DNA of 25,637 nucleotides from a virus. Its lineage: Duplodnaviria > Caudoviricetes. The stretch is taken from positions 1-25,637 of IMG/VR virus record IMGVR_UViG_3300049000_000065. One strand, given 5' to 3'. The position numbers and the translations under genes were made by a program. The notes beneath the pieces were generated by a model, which was given only the letters and a program-made list of their open reading frames with translations, was not told the origin of the DNA and did not search any database. Positions 25,533-25,637 of this stretch are shown piece after piece; positions within the stretch are counted from its first letter, which is position 1, and the number at the start of each line of letters is the position of its first letter.

Positions 25533-25589
25533 TAAAAAACCGTCCGCGGAGCCCGAGACGCACGTCTCGGAAACACTCCGCAGCCGGTG
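25533..25589 (-). terminator. Possible minus-strand terminator or long hairpin right of the IS
   Basis: A6 followed by nested pairs ACCG/CGGT, GCGGAG/CTCCGC, CCGAGACG/CGTCTCGG. Confidence 0.45.
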
Positions 25590-25637
25590 AACCGAACACT
25601 GACACTGGGAACCAATGAGCGGTAGGAAATTCGCCCT

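Overview
GC-rich window that is mostly the late (virion morphogenesis) half of a probable transposable, Mu-like prophage, all on the + strand (1 to ~23341). Order: holin-like and Mu gp25/26-like genes, gp27-like small terminase, gp28-like large terminase, a non-Mu SPP1/A118-type portal and minor head protein, scaffold, major capsid and Bbp16-like cement protein, fibre-like genes plus a secreted glycoside-hydrolase-like gene, neck genes, tail tube, tail chaperone with a -1 frameshift, tape measure and tail-tip genes. The operon ends with a Cys-rich protein and an Erv1/Alr-type sulfhydryl oxidase, suggesting a phage-encoded disulfide-forming module (the most striking observation). A Tn7/Mu-like right end (TGT-N5-GACA, sites 22 bp apart) abuts a 5'-truncated host gene. 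After it come a REP-like palindrome, a terminator and a complete IS with a frameshifted DDE transposase (23809-25532). ATQP repeats and the host-gene remnant suggest a Planctomycetota (Phycisphaerae-like) host; this is inference. All family calls come from motif recognition and gene order, not database searches.
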